Below are positions 17,643 to 27,589 of a stretch of 64,000 nucleotides of DNA, in pieces. The notes below the pieces were generated by a model. The model did no database searches. It saw only the letters and a list, made by a program, of their open reading frames with translations, and had not been told where the DNA came from. The DNA is from a virus, in IMG/VR virus record IMGVR_UViG_3300045283_000397, positions 1-64,000 of that record; one strand, 5' to 3'. Positions within the stretch are counted from its first letter, which is position 1; each line of letters starts with the position of its first letter. Both the position numbers and the translations under genes were made by a program.

Positions 17643-18917
17643 TCACCGGCCCTCGACCTCCGCGCGCGCTTCCATAAGGCTTTCGCGCACGCTTTTGCCC
17701 TTGCCCTTGGGCTGGGCTACCGCCGGCCCGGCCGCGCCCGGCGCGCCCCCGGTCACCGAGACCCCCGCCTTGCGCGCCTTGTCGGCCTCGGCCTGAACAG
17801 CGGCCTGGCGCGCCTTGGCATCGGCCAGACGCTTAGCCTCAGCGGCCTTGGCCTGGTCGGCCAGCACCTTCTCGCGCACCCCCGGCACAGCCCAGATAGC
17901 CGTCTCGTAGGCGCCGTCGAGGTCCACTCTACCCTCCTTGAGCGGCACCTCGCCCGAGGCGATGAGGCGCGACATGGTCTGGCGCACCTCCTCGAAGTGC
18001 GGCTTGTCCTTGGCCCAGGCCGCCAGCACCTCGTGCGTCTTGGCCTCGTTCTGCTGGGCGAAGGTCTGCTCCAGAGTGCCGAAGCGCTGCTCCACCTGCT
18101 GCTGCATCGCGCGCATCTGCGCATTGATGCCGTCGATATACTGCTGCATCGCGGGAGAAGCAGCCTCAGGCTGGCCAGCCGCAGGAGCAGCTGCCCCATT
18201 AGCACCAGCAGCAGGCGCCACAGCCGGAGCCGCTGACGCACCAAACTGCGCCAGATCGAGATTGAAGCTCTTGGCCAGCGCCGGGAAGGCCTGGGTCGGG
18301 TTGCTGGCCAGCGCGCGGAACCAGCCGAAGAGCTGGTCTATGGCCTGGGCGCGAGTGTGGCCGTGCTGCCTAATGGCAGCGTCGTGCGGGGCTATGGCGC
18401 GGTCGATGTCGGCGTAGCCGGCCTTGAGCTGGTCCACGCCCTTCTGCACGTCGGCCTCGCGCTTGGCCACCGCCGCGCGCACCGGCTCGGGCAGCTCACC
18501 CCAGGCCGCCTTGGCCTCCTTGGACCAGCCCGCGGGCGCCGCAGGAGCGCCCGTAGCCGGGGGGGCCTCGGGGGTAATAGCGGCCTCGCCCGGCTGGGCC
18601 TCTGGCGCGGCCTCCCCGGCCGCGGCGGCGGCTCCCGGCTCGGCTCCCGGCTCGGCTCCCGCTTCGCCCTCCCCGCGCTTTTTGAAACGGCCCTTCTCGC
18701 CGCGCTCGACCGCCGGTTTCTCGGGCTCGCGCGCGGCGTCGAAGTTGGCCTGGAGCTCCTCGCGGATGCTACGGCGCTCAGCGCCGGGGCTCCGGCCTTC
18801 GCCAGCGGGAGTTTCGGGCGGCGGCGCGCCGCCGCCAGCCTCCGGGGGCTCAGCGGCGCCGGTCTCGGTCTCGGGCGCAAAGAGCGGGGTGAGCATGGTC
18901 GTATTAAACCACTTCAT
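17643..18917 (-). CDS. Capsid scaffolding protein
   Basis: Ala/Glu/Pro-rich helical protein with APAGWSKEAKAAWGELP and a SVRESL C-terminus; between portal and MCP. Confidence 0.7.
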   Translation of the reverse strand: MKWFNTTMLTPLFAPETETGAAEPPEAGGGAPPPETPAGEGRSPGAERRSIREELQANFDAAREPEKPAVERGEKGRFKKRGEGEAGAEPGAEPGAAAAAGEAAPEAQPGEAAITPEAPPATGAPAAPAGWSKEAKAAWGELPEPVRAAVAKREADVQKGVDQLKAGYADIDRAIAPHDAAIRQHGHTRAQAIDQLFGWFRALASNPTQAFPALAKSFNLDLAQFGASAAPAVAPAAGANGAAAPAAGQPEAASPAMQQYIDGINAQMRAMQQQVEQRFGTLEQTFAQQNEAKTHEVLAAWAKDKPHFEEVRQTMSRLIASGEVPLKEGRVDLDGAYETAIWAVPGVREKVLADQAKAAEAKRLADAKARQAAVQAEADKARKAGVSVTGGAPGAAGPAVAQPKGKGKSVRESLMEARAEVEGR

Positions 18918-18953
18918 TTCTTATTCTCCTTTGGGCGGCTTGTGCGGCCCGTT

Positions 18954-19508
18954 TCAACCTAAAGGCCAGCGAGACTGAACAATCGCCCCGAGCGGGAGTG
19001 CAGAATAGTACGCCGCGACTTGCTCCCGTTCCAATATCAATTCGGCCAGGAAACCCGGCGCAGCGTAGCGGCCATTGGCCCAGCGCTGCGGCTCAGTCGC
19101 CATAAGCGAAAGCCTCACCCGGTTATCCATCTCAGAGCAAATCACCTGAGTTAAATGGTCCATGTAGCCGTAGCGTTCGATATCTCGGCGCGCTTCGGGC
19201 CAATTAATCTCATAGGGTAGCTGAGCGACAAATTTGCCCTTGTAGCGCGCCACGAAGTGCCGGCCATTGGGCATCACCGAATCATAAAACAAACGCGGGA
19301 ACTGCTTGTGGTTGACCTCCTGGCCAGCGCAAGGCACCCAGCCCGCGGGACACCACTCCGGCAACACAACCTTAGCCGAGAGGCCCTCGGGTTCTGTCAG
19401 AACAGGGCGCGCAATAGCCGGAGCCGCACTGGGTGCGACCAGCGCGCCGAAAAACGCCGCAACGCCCTTTAGAAAGCTGCGCCGCAACATAAGCAAAGTC
19501 ATAAGCAC
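18954..19508 (-). CDS. Hypothetical protein with a Tat-like leader and a tail-collar-like motif
   Basis: RRSFLKGVAA leader; CPAGWVPCAGQEVNHKQFPRLF. Confidence 0.5.
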   Translation of the reverse strand: MLMTLLMLRRSFLKGVAAFFGALVAPSAAPAIARPVLTEPEGLSAKVVLPEWCPAGWVPCAGQEVNHKQFPRLFYDSVMPNGRHFVARYKGKFVAQLPYEINWPEARRDIERYGYMDHLTQVICSEMDNRVRLSLMATEPQRWANGRYAAPGFLAELILEREQVAAYYSALPLGAIVQSRWPLG

Positions 19509-19687
19509 CTCCCGTTAAGCTATCCTCTTGCGATCCACTATCACCTTCTCGCTACGCTCGCGCTCGGCTTCCGCCTCGCGGGCGCGCGCCACGCGCTTCA
19601 GGTGCTGAGCGTATTCTTCGTCCAGCCCCAGCGCCTTGACTTCGCCCGGGGCGAGATAGCAGCGGTTGGAGTTGGGCACGCGGTCCA

Positions 19688-19963
19688 TCAAGCCATCTCT
19701 TTATCCTGAGCCATAGCTTCGCGCATAGCAATACATGCATTCTCAACGCGAGATTCAAACAAATCCACAATATCCCTGGCATCCTGCAATCGCTCTTTCC
19801 CCGAAAAAGTCACGGCTATCGCTCTGCGCTTCATGGGCATTTTCCGATTGACCACCAGAAAAGCTTCATCGTCGGGCACCCAATATCCCTCGCAAGTTTC
19901 ACCAAATTTTGCGCGGATATAGCGCAAAGCCATTTCACGGCCCAAATCTTCCAATATACTCAT
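19688..19963 (-). CDS. Hypothetical protein
   Basis: Coupled ORF with SD GGAGG. Confidence 0.5.
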   Translation of the reverse strand: MSILEDLGREMALRYIRAKFGETCEGYWVPDDEAFLVVNRKMPMKRRAIAVTFSGKERLQDARDIVDLFESRVENACIAMREAMAQDKEMA

Positions 19964-20283
19964 CTTCCTCCCAACTCCCTAATAGCATTGCGAATGGCCT
20001 GGCGCCGCGCGTCGCGGCTGAGCACCACCGGCTTGCGCGGGCGCAATAGCGTCTCGGTCTCAGTTCCCACTTCAATACAACCCACGTCGCGCGTGCGCTG
20101 CCTAAATTTCCGCTTGGACGTGAAATATTCCCCGGTCGCCATATGACGCGTAGCGTCCATCTCGTCGCGGATCACCCGCACCGCCTCGCGGGCCACGTGC
20201 AGCGGTACGACGCGCGCGCGGTCCACCAACTTGCCCTTGCGCATCACGAATACGGTCACGCGGCAAGCCTCATCTCGTTCCAC
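19960..20283 (-). CDS. Hypothetical phage head-region protein
   Basis: RHMATGEYFTSKRKFR...GCIEVG motif; start position uncertain. Confidence 0.55.
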   Translation of the reverse strand: MERDEACRVTVFVMRKGKLVDRARVVPLHVAREAVRVIRDEMDATRHMATGEYFTSKRKFRQRTRDVGCIEVGTETETLLRPRKPVVLSRDARRQAIRNAIRELGGR

Positions 20284-20699
20284 TCCATCAGCGCGCGGGC
20301 ATCGGCCAGGGCATTGTGCGGCTGGGCCGAGACCGGCTGGCCGGGGGGAGTCTTTAAAATCGTGATGCGGCAGGCGAAGTCGAGACTGCTACCGAAATCT
20401 GGTCCACTGAGCAAGCGGAGAAAATGTTCAGCGTCAGTATGCCAGTCGCAAATAATCTCAGGATTATCAAATTGTTGAATAAAACACTGGAACTCGCTAC
20501 GAAATATCAAGGGTCTCATGTACTCCACGCCCAACTTTGGGATAACATTTTGAGCTACCCAAGGATCATAAGCCTCAGGCTCAATAGTTACGTTGCGCGC
20601 CTGCGCGGCGTACCATTCCGGACCATGGGGCGATACCAACGCCAGCGAGATGAGCTCGCCGCCATGGCCGTTGAACTCAGTGTCCAGGTAGAAGCGCAC
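20256..20699 (-). CDS. DEDD-type 3'-5' exo(ribo)nuclease-like protein
   Basis: FYLDTEF...LISLALV...HNALADARAL. Confidence 0.7.
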   Translation of the reverse strand: MRFYLDTEFNGHGGELISLALVSPHGPEWYAAQARNVTIEPEAYDPWVAQNVIPKLGVEYMRPLIFRSEFQCFIQQFDNPEIICDWHTDAEHFLRLLSGPDFGSSLDFACRITILKTPPGQPVSAQPHNALADARALMEWNEMRLAA

Positions 20700-23236
20700 T
20701 AGAGCCCCCCGGCCGCGGCTTGCTGTGGCACGGGCGGCGCCATGACCTGCTTGGCGATCTCGGCGGCGCGCTCGGCCGCGCCCTGGCGCGCATCGTGCTG
20801 GCGCTGGGCGTGGGATTCCTGCAACTCCAGCTGGCGGTTCTGGAGCTCCAGCACCTTTATCTGCATCTCCATACGGCGCAGCTCCAAATCCGTAGCATCA
20901 GACTGCGCCTGAGCTTGAGCTTGCTGCTGCTCGCGCGCGGTCTTCATCTGCTCGGCCTGGGCATCGGCTGCGGCCTGCTGCTGATCGGATTGGGCATTTA
21001 TTTTGGCCACCTCAACGGCGGATTGCGCCCGCGCGGCATCGGCCTGGGCCTTTATCTGGAGCGGATTGGGCTGCTGGCCTTGCTGCTGGGCGCGCTTCTT
21101 GGCCAGTTGGACGGCCTCGTCGCCGAATTCCTCGATGGCCGCCTCCAGGTCGCGCCCGGCCTTGAAGCCGCGCACCGCGAATTGGAGCAGCTTGACCAGC
21201 AGCGGCACCGACTCGGGCATCTGCGCGCCCATGGCCATGGCGGTCTGCATGAACTTAGTCACCGCGCCCACGAATTCGGTGCGGTCGGCCTTCTCCTGGG
21301 CCTGATCGCCATAGACCGAGGAGTCCACCTCGATGTCCACCCTAAAGCCGCGCAGCTTCTCATTGCGCAACAGCGCGATGGCCGCGGCGATGCGCTGGAG
21401 CCCTTCCAGCTTGGCCATCAGCTCGGGCGATAGAGGCGGCGGTGCCAGGGCGCCCGGCATAGCCGGGGGGGCGCCCGGGAAAGGCACGACGTTCTGGCCC
21501 GGGGGCGGCATGACAGGTGCGGGGCCGGCGCCTTGAGCAGGGAGGGCGCTGGGTGCCGGCCCCTGCAACGCAGCGGGCCCGGCCATGGGAGGTACGGCCG
21601 GGGGCGTCCCTGGCTGCGGCACATCGCTGGTGCCCGGGGTTGCGGCGCCGGGCGGCAGCAAGTCGATGTCGGGCGCGCCCAGGCCCTCCTCATAGAGCGC
21701 GCCGGAAACCTCGATGAGGCTCTTGGGCGAGAAATGCATGGACATGATCTCGGCCATGATGCGCAGGGTATCGCGGCAGAGCCTAGCGACCTCGCCCTGG
21801 CGGCGCTGGAGCCGGGTGCCCGAATTGTTGGACTTAAGGCGCTGGCCGCCCATCGTCTCGCGCGCGTCGGTGGTGCCGCGCAGCACATCGGTTATGCCGG
21901 TGAGGCGGTCCATCTCGGCGACGATCTTCTCCTTGAGCGCCATGAGCTCGTTGAGTACGCCGATGATTTCCTTGAGCGGCAGCAGACTCATGACCCCGGC
22001 CACGCCGCCCTTCTCGGCGAAGGCGGCCCATTGATCCACCGGGATGAGCTCATTCTCCACCGATTCATCCAGCAGGCGCTGCATGTCCTTCTGGGAGGCG
22101 TCGTAGAGGCCGGCCACCTTGCAAGCCTTGCTGAGCATGTGGATGCGCTGCGTCAGCTCGTCCACCTGGATGGCCTGGTCCTGATATTGGATGTAGTCGG
22201 GCACCGGGGTGAGCGTATTGTTGGTGGCGTTAGCGTAGAGCGGGCGCGGCACCGGGAAGAAGTTCTCCAGCTGGAGGGGATCGTCCTTGCGATTGCAGAG
22301 CCACTCGTAGCCCTCGGCTATCCAATAGACCTTCTCGTCCGCGCGGTTCCAGATCTCGACGACCTCGCCCTTCTTGCTGGCCTCCATCTCGGGCACCACC
22401 GTCTCGGCCTGGCGCCTGCGCTCGCGGTCGTCCTTCTCGAGCGGGATGGCCTTGCCGATCTTCTTGCCGAAATTCTTAATGAGTTCGTCGCGCGTGAGAT
22501 AGACTCTCTTGCCCACCGCGATGACTTCCGCCCAGATGCGCGCGCGCGCCGGGAAGGTAAAGAAATCGGTCCAGGGGATGTAGTCAACCGGGGTGCTTTC
22601 GCGCGCGATGCGATCGCCGGTCTGCTCCAGTTTCTCCTCGGCCAGGGAGTCGTCCTCGGGCTCAATCGGACCCTGGGCATCCCTTAAGTCGAGCCCGGAT
22701 TCCACTGGAAGTGAAATCCCGGGCTCGACTTCGGGCTCATAGCGCACCCAGGGCACGCCCCGGCCCGCGAGCAAATAGTCCATCACGCATTGGTTAATGG
22801 CCTCGTCGATGCCGCAGAATTCAATCTCATTGCGCAAGGCGCGCTCGAGCATCTGCGCCGCGCCGCGCCCGGCGGGGTCCTTATCCTTAAAGCGGCGCTC
22901 GACCACCGGGGTGGGCAAGCGGCCATAGAGGGCGGGATGCAGTATCTGGACATTGGACCACAGCGCATTGTAGCGGCGCTGGCCCTCCTCGTCTATGCGC
23001 GAGCGCTCGTCGCGATAGCGCTTCTCGATCGTGTGGCCGCGCTTGACCCACCTGCGCATCTCGTCGTGCACATCGTCGAGCTGCTGCTTCCAATAGCTGG
23101 CAAGCCTACGGCCCTCCTCGCCGCCTTCCGGCCCTGCGAGCAGGTCGAGCTGCGGGCCGCGCGCGCCGTTAGCCAGGGGGACTCTGACTTCTACGTCACC
23201 GGCCTCGGTGTCTATTTCTTCCTGGTTATTGGCCAT
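20699..23236 (-). CDS. Portal protein
   Basis: 845 aa between TerL and scaffold. YNALWSNVQILHPALY, FFPVPRP, TGITDVLRG, FRVDIEVDS motifs, a Pro-rich insert and a coiled-coil C-terminus. Confidence 0.8.
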   Translation of the reverse strand: MANNQEEIDTEAGDVEVRVPLANGARGPQLDLLAGPEGGEEGRRLASYWKQQLDDVHDEMRRWVKRGHTIEKRYRDERSRIDEEGQRRYNALWSNVQILHPALYGRLPTPVVERRFKDKDPAGRGAAQMLERALRNEIEFCGIDEAINQCVMDYLLAGRGVPWVRYEPEVEPGISLPVESGLDLRDAQGPIEPEDDSLAEEKLEQTGDRIARESTPVDYIPWTDFFTFPARARIWAEVIAVGKRVYLTRDELIKNFGKKIGKAIPLEKDDRERRRQAETVVPEMEASKKGEVVEIWNRADEKVYWIAEGYEWLCNRKDDPLQLENFFPVPRPLYANATNNTLTPVPDYIQYQDQAIQVDELTQRIHMLSKACKVAGLYDASQKDMQRLLDESVENELIPVDQWAAFAEKGGVAGVMSLLPLKEIIGVLNELMALKEKIVAEMDRLTGITDVLRGTTDARETMGGQRLKSNNSGTRLQRRQGEVARLCRDTLRIMAEIMSMHFSPKSLIEVSGALYEEGLGAPDIDLLPPGAATPGTSDVPQPGTPPAVPPMAGPAALQGPAPSALPAQGAGPAPVMPPPGQNVVPFPGAPPAMPGALAPPPLSPELMAKLEGLQRIAAAIALLRNEKLRGFRVDIEVDSSVYGDQAQEKADRTEFVGAVTKFMQTAMAMGAQMPESVPLLVKLLQFAVRGFKAGRDLEAAIEEFGDEAVQLAKKRAQQQGQQPNPLQIKAQADAARAQSAVEVAKINAQSDQQQAAADAQAEQMKTAREQQQAQAQAQSDATDLELRRMEMQIKVLELQNRQLELQESHAQRQHDARQGAAERAAEIAKQVMAPPVPQQAAAGGL

Positions 23237-23674
23237 TTACGAGAGGTCCAGGCCCTCGACGTAGATGTCGCAAGTGGCCGCGGAGCCCTGGGCGGCGGTG
23301 AGCGCGAAATAGACATTGGCCAGCGTGTAACGCGTGGTGGCGGCGGTGGCCGAGAGCGTCAGATCGAGGCGGATGGTGGCTGCGGTGAGTGCGGTATAGA
23401 CCTGGGTGTTGGCCACAATGGCCGTGCCGCCCTTGCTGGTGGTAGGATAGATGCCGCCCACCGCGAGCGTCAAGTTAGCGGTGCAATTGGTCACCACGAT
23501 GCGCTCGATGGTAAACGCGGTAATCTGCGCGGGTACCGCCATGGCCTGATCGGCCGTGGTGTTCATATTGGCGCCACGCAACGTGGCGATGACACCGTTG
23601 ACTCGGCCACTGAATTGCGCGCCGAATGCGGCGCTAAGCATCAGCCAAAGAACCAGCGCGATGCGCATGATCAT
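23237..23674 (-). CDS. Thr/Ala-rich beta-sandwich-like protein with a signal peptide
   Basis: MIMRIALVLWLMLSAAFGA leader; ends ATCDIYVEG. Confidence 0.6.
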   Translation of the reverse strand: MIMRIALVLWLMLSAAFGAQFSGRVNGVIATLRGANMNTTADQAMAVPAQITAFTIERIVVTNCTANLTLAVGGIYPTTSKGGTAIVANTQVYTALTAATIRLDLTLSATAATTRYTLANVYFALTAAQGSAATCDIYVEGLDLS

Positions 23675-24165
23675 ATGGTGCTCCAAGCCGCGCCGGTATA
23701 GACGCCGCGCCAGACGCCGTAATTGGAGTTGATGACGAAGGTACCGGAGCCATCGATATTGCCGGCTGCGGGCGTTACCGTGATGTTGTTGCTGGCGGCG
23801 TCGCCCTTGCAATCCTTGACCACCAGCAGCGAGCCGGTGGTCGGGGTGGCGAAGAGATTGACCGCGGTGGCCGCGCCGGAGGTCTTATTCACGCAGATAA
23901 CGATATCGCTCGTGGCCGCGGTTATGTCGCCCGCGGCGATGACGGTGCGCACCTTCAATATCGCGCCGGACTTGAAGGTAAATATGCCTGTGGCCTGGGC
24001 CACGGTGGGATTGGGGTAGGCGCCGCCTAAATCGCCGCCCGCGGCGCCCCCGGGCGCGGGATTACTGGTAGACGCCAATTCGCCCCAGGCTCCGGGCAAC
24101 GCAACAAACCAAGCCGCAGCGGCCAGCGCCGCGCAGGCAAAAATAATTGGGCGCGTCTTAAACAT
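23671..24165 (-). CDS. Fibre-like protein with a signal peptide
   Basis: AGGDLGGAYPNPTV and VVKDCKGDAASNNITVTPAAGNIDG motifs, which are common in phage fibre proteins. Confidence 0.6.
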   Translation of the reverse strand: MFKTRPIIFACAALAAAAWFVALPGAWGELASTSNPAPGGAAGGDLGGAYPNPTVAQATGIFTFKSGAILKVRTVIAAGDITAATSDIVICVNKTSGAATAVNLFATPTTGSLLVVKDCKGDAASNNITVTPAAGNIDGSGTFVINSNYGVWRGVYTGAAWSTI

Positions 24166-24623
24166 CAAGGCGCCATCGTCTCGAACGAAAACACGCAGTG
24201 CGCGGCATAGGTCAGCGTGAACGGCCCGGTGGACGAGCACACCACCACCAAGCCCGCGCTGGTGGGCAAGCGGCTAGCGGCGTTGAGCATGAAGAAGTCC
24301 GAGATGCCCAGCGTCGAGCTCGGCGCGATCTGGTACCACTTGAGCACGCAAGGCCGCGCGGCGGCGGCGGAAGTGCAACCCGTCACCGCGATGGTGCCCG
24401 CGCCCGCGTTGGGCGCGGCGGCGGCGTCGAGCAACATAATCCAAGCCGCGCCGGTACTGTCGGTATTGACCTGGCCGCCATAGACCTGGCACCCGCTGGC
24501 GCAGAACACATGGCTGGCCTCCACCGCGCCCGATGCCTTGGTCTGGGCTTGCGCGGGCGTGCAAGCCAGGCCCGCGGCCAGCGCGAGCGCGCCGCGCGCA
24601 GCGCCGCGATGGATGATGCTCAC
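24165..24623 (-). CDS. Secreted Cys-containing beta protein
   Basis: Signal-like ALALAAGLACTPAQA; GLVVVCSSTGPFT. Confidence 0.55.
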   Translation of the reverse strand: MSIIHRGAARGALALAAGLACTPAQAQTKASGAVEASHVFCASGCQVYGGQVNTDSTGAAWIMLLDAAAAPNAGAGTIAVTGCTSAAAARPCVLKWYQIAPSSTLGISDFFMLNAASRLPTSAGLVVVCSSTGPFTLTYAAHCVFSFETMAP

Positions 24624-25000
24624 TGCTTAATCTCCTGTTCGGGTTGCGACGCGGCGGTGCCCAGCATCTGGTCCACCATCTCCAACGCTGAGGTGAGCCA
24701 GGCGGTGATAACTACGGCGTTAACCTTCATGCGGTTGAAATGGGCGCGGCTGACCTGCGGGTCGCGCGCGGCGAGTGCGATCTGTTGGCGCGTGTCCTCG
24801 AGCGACATGATGAGGAACTTGCGGATGCCCAAGGTTTCAGTGAGGTTGGTCTCGAAGAGCGGAGCCAGGGTAGTAGGCGCGGCAACTGGGGTGGTCTCCA
24901 AAAACTGTATGCGCAGGCCCTCACGCACCTTGCGCGGGTCGTAGGGCTTAGGCTGCTTCAACATGCGTTGTAGCCACCCGGCCAATTCGTCTGATACCAT
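24620..25000 (-). CDS. Hypothetical protein
   Basis: Coupled ORF. Confidence 0.5.
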   Translation of the reverse strand: MVSDELAGWLQRMLKQPKPYDPRKVREGLRIQFLETTPVAAPTTLAPLFETNLTETLGIRKFLIMSLEDTRQQIALAARDPQVSRAHFNRMKVNAVVITAWLTSALEMVDQMLGTAASQPEQEIKQ

Positions 25001-25142
25001 GGATTATATGGAAGTGGGTATTGTTGCTGCGCCAGCCCGCCCTGGTGGTGAACCTTTATGCCCATAAGATCGCGCGGCAATGCCTCAATGGCCGCTGCGA
25101 AGCGGTTCATGGCTTCAACCAATGCCTTTGCTGTCTCTTCGC

Positions 25143-26399
25143 TCATGTTGCGGTCTCCCTTGCCGGCTCCAGTATTTCGACACTGGGCATCGCGGTGATG
25201 AAGCGCATGCCGCGCGCGATGAGGTCGCGCTCCTGGGCCAGGATGGCGACGTGGTGGTTCCAGGCCAAGAGCAGGGCGTAGTCGGGAGTGTCCTCCCGGA
25301 GGCATCCAGGGTCGCGGATAAGCAGACGCGACCCCGGGGCGTAGAGGCCCTGCTTGAGCGGGGTGGTGTCGGTCAGGTAGTCGAGCTGGTCGCGGCCGAT
25401 GCCGCAATAGTTGAGCAAAGTGTTGCCCTTGGCCGGGGCGCCATAGCCTACTATGCGCTTGCCCTGATCCTTGAGGTCGCGCAATAGGTCGCGCAAATCG
25501 ACGCGCATACATTGGGCATTAGTGGCGAAATCGTGCCAAGTGTGTTCTTCGCAGAGGCCATTCTTATAGACCCCGGTCTTGCGCTCCTGCTCTATCAAGC
25601 GCGCCACGGCAGTGGGCATGTCGCAGTAGAAATCTTGAATGGACTTGAGAGCAGAGCAAAACAGCCGGAGCGATTGGCCCTGGCTGGGTACCACCTGGGC
25701 ATGGTCGAGTTGCAAGCCGCATTCGAGCAGCATCGGGATGATGGCTTCCAGAGAATAATAACAAGCATGCTCGTGATAGATGTGGTCCCAGCAGCCGGCT
25801 GTCACCAGGTGATGGGCCCAGTGGACCTCGGCAATTAAGATACCCTCCTCGCCCAGCAGAATAGCGATGGCCTTGAGGAGAGAGCGCGGGTCGTCGGTGT
25901 GAGCGAGCACGTTATTGGCGCAGACGACGCGCGCGAGGCCAAAGTGCTCGACAATGTCCTCTGCCAGATCTTGGTCGAGCGCCTGCGGCGCGAACTCGAT
26001 GCCCCGGGCTTCATTTATCTCGGACAAATTAACGGCTGGGTCCACGTTGAGGCGCTGGAGGCTATCGGGGAGCCTGCACAACAGGGTGCCGTCGTTGCCG
26101 CCGATGTCAATAACGAGATCGCCCGGGCTGCAACGCGGCATGATAGCTTCGCACGCGTAATTCGCCCAATGCTCGCGTGCGGCGGCAGAGGCGCCGGTGA
26201 GGTAGCGGTAGTTGCGGTATAAGTTGGGCGGCTGCGCGTCGCGCAGCTGGGCGAGGCCGCAAGCGCGGCAGAAGGCCAGCGCGAGCGGATAGCGGACCTC
26301 GGGCTCGTCCAACGCGGCCAAGTAGGCATTGGCGGGCGGCTGGGTGCCGAGGTCGAGTATCGGGGCAAGTGCGGCCGAGGAGCAGGCGCGACAGTTCAT
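25143..26399 (-). CDS. NDP-hexose C-methyltransferase-like protein (Zn-binding, SAM and C-terminal domains)
   Basis: CRAC...LDLGTQPPAN, CRACGLAQL, IDIGGNDG, DHIYHEH, GYGAPAKGNTLLNY, KQGLYAPG, LLLAWN. Confidence 0.88.
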   Translation of the reverse strand: MNCRACSSAALAPILDLGTQPPANAYLAALDEPEVRYPLALAFCRACGLAQLRDAQPPNLYRNYRYLTGASAAAREHWANYACEAIMPRCSPGDLVIDIGGNDGTLLCRLPDSLQRLNVDPAVNLSEINEARGIEFAPQALDQDLAEDIVEHFGLARVVCANNVLAHTDDPRSLLKAIAILLGEEGILIAEVHWAHHLVTAGCWDHIYHEHACYYSLEAIIPMLLECGLQLDHAQVVPSQGQSLRLFCSALKSIQDFYCDMPTAVARLIEQERKTGVYKNGLCEEHTWHDFATNAQCMRVDLRDLLRDLKDQGKRIVGYGAPAKGNTLLNYCGIGRDQLDYLTDTTPLKQGLYAPGSRLLIRDPGCLREDTPDYALLLAWNHHVAILAQERDLIARGMRFITAMPSVEILEPARETAT

Positions 26400-26728
26400 G
26401 CGCGCGACACCAATTGGTATTCATCCTCCATCACGCCGAGATATTCCTGGAGAGGCACCCACTTCCCAATGGCCGCCATGCCCGGACGCCAGCGCAAATA
26501 CGCAGGCTCCCTGGGTCCCATGGCCTCGAAATCAGGCAGCCATACATGCCAACTGGTCCTCTGCTTCGTGGAGAGCGGGTCATCCTCATAGGTAGTCATC
26601 CAAGCGATCTTGATATTGATACCGACCATCGAACTATCGATCTCGCCGCCCAACGGTGCAGCCAGACCCAGCGTGGGCGCGGCCACCGACATGGCGATAG
26701 CGTTACGGCGCGTGAACTTATTGGTCAT
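26396..26728 (-). CDS. Hypothetical protein with a Tat-like leader
   Basis: FTRRNAIAMSVAA. Confidence 0.45.
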   Translation of the reverse strand: MTNKFTRRNAIAMSVAAPTLGLAAPLGGEIDSSMVGINIKIAWMTTYEDDPLSTKQRTSWHVWLPDFEAMGPREPAYLRWRPGMAAIGKWVPLQEYLGVMEDEYQLVSRA

Positions 26729-27060
26729 GCTGCGGCCTCGTGGGCGGCCTGACCCGCGCGTGCAAAGTCAGGGGCTTTATCGAAGATTTCAGTGGCCATG
26801 TCAGCATAGCCGCGTTCAGAAAGCAGATTCACTGTATATTTCTGACAATCACGAAATCCCTGCGCATAGGCATTGCGCGCGGCGGCCGGGGTGGCCTCCT
26901 GCTTGAGGGCTTCGATCTCGGCAGCCATGGCGCGGCGTTCGGTGGCAAGGGCTTCGATAAGGTCGGCTATCGCGGCCGGGGCATAGTCGGCGGTGATAAT
27001 GCCCGAGCGCAGGCGCGCGGCGATGGCGGCGAGGGCGTGGGGGGCAGTGCTAAGCGTCAT
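26725..27060 (-). CDS. Hypothetical protein
   Basis: Coupled ORF. Confidence 0.5.
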   Translation of the reverse strand: MTLSTAPHALAAIAARLRSGIITADYAPAAIADLIEALATERRAMAAEIEALKQEATPAAARNAYAQGFRDCQKYTVNLLSERGYADMATEIFDKAPDFARAGQAAHEAAA

Positions 27061-27589
27061 TGGGCACCAGCAAACCGTTGCGCGCGATATAGTCGGGTTT
27101 GCGCGGCTCCCTGGACTTGTGCTCGAATTCGGCGATCTCGTTCTCGGTCATTTCCTCGGCGTCGCAGGGCAGTAAGATACCGCCCAAGCGAGGGTCGCAG
27201 CAATGCTTCAATCCCGCGCTGCGGCCATAAGGATAGCCAAGGCGTGCTGCTTCACGATGATGATGCTTGCACCACCAGCGTGTTGGCTGTCCGTAACGCG
27301 GATCGTCCGAGCCGTCCAAAACATCCTCGGCTAAACTATATTCAGTGCGCAAAATTTCTCTTTCCAGGTAATCCACCACGGCGCGTTCACCTGCTAGCTC
27401 TGGCTCTACCTGCGCTATCTCGCGCGCGAATTGCTGGGCACGGACCGCATATACCGGCGCGATTGCGGGCGCCGCGCCAAAACGATTGCGCATCGTCGTC
27501 AAGGCAATCTCATATAGATTTAGAGACGGCCCAGCCGCGGCCGGCTGCTGACCCTCAACGCCAAATCCAAAAGGTCCCCACCATCTCAT
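27050..27589 (-). CDS. Hypothetical protein
   Basis: Likely start MRWWGPF, overlapping the TerL stop. Confidence 0.45.
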   Translation of the reverse strand: MRWWGPFGFGVEGQQPAAAGPSLNLYEIALTTMRNRFGAAPAIAPVYAVRAQQFAREIAQVEPELAGERAVVDYLEREILRTEYSLAEDVLDGSDDPRYGQPTRWWCKHHHREAARLGYPYGRSAGLKHCCDPRLGGILLPCDAEEMTENEIAEFEHKSREPRKPDYIARNGLLVPNDA

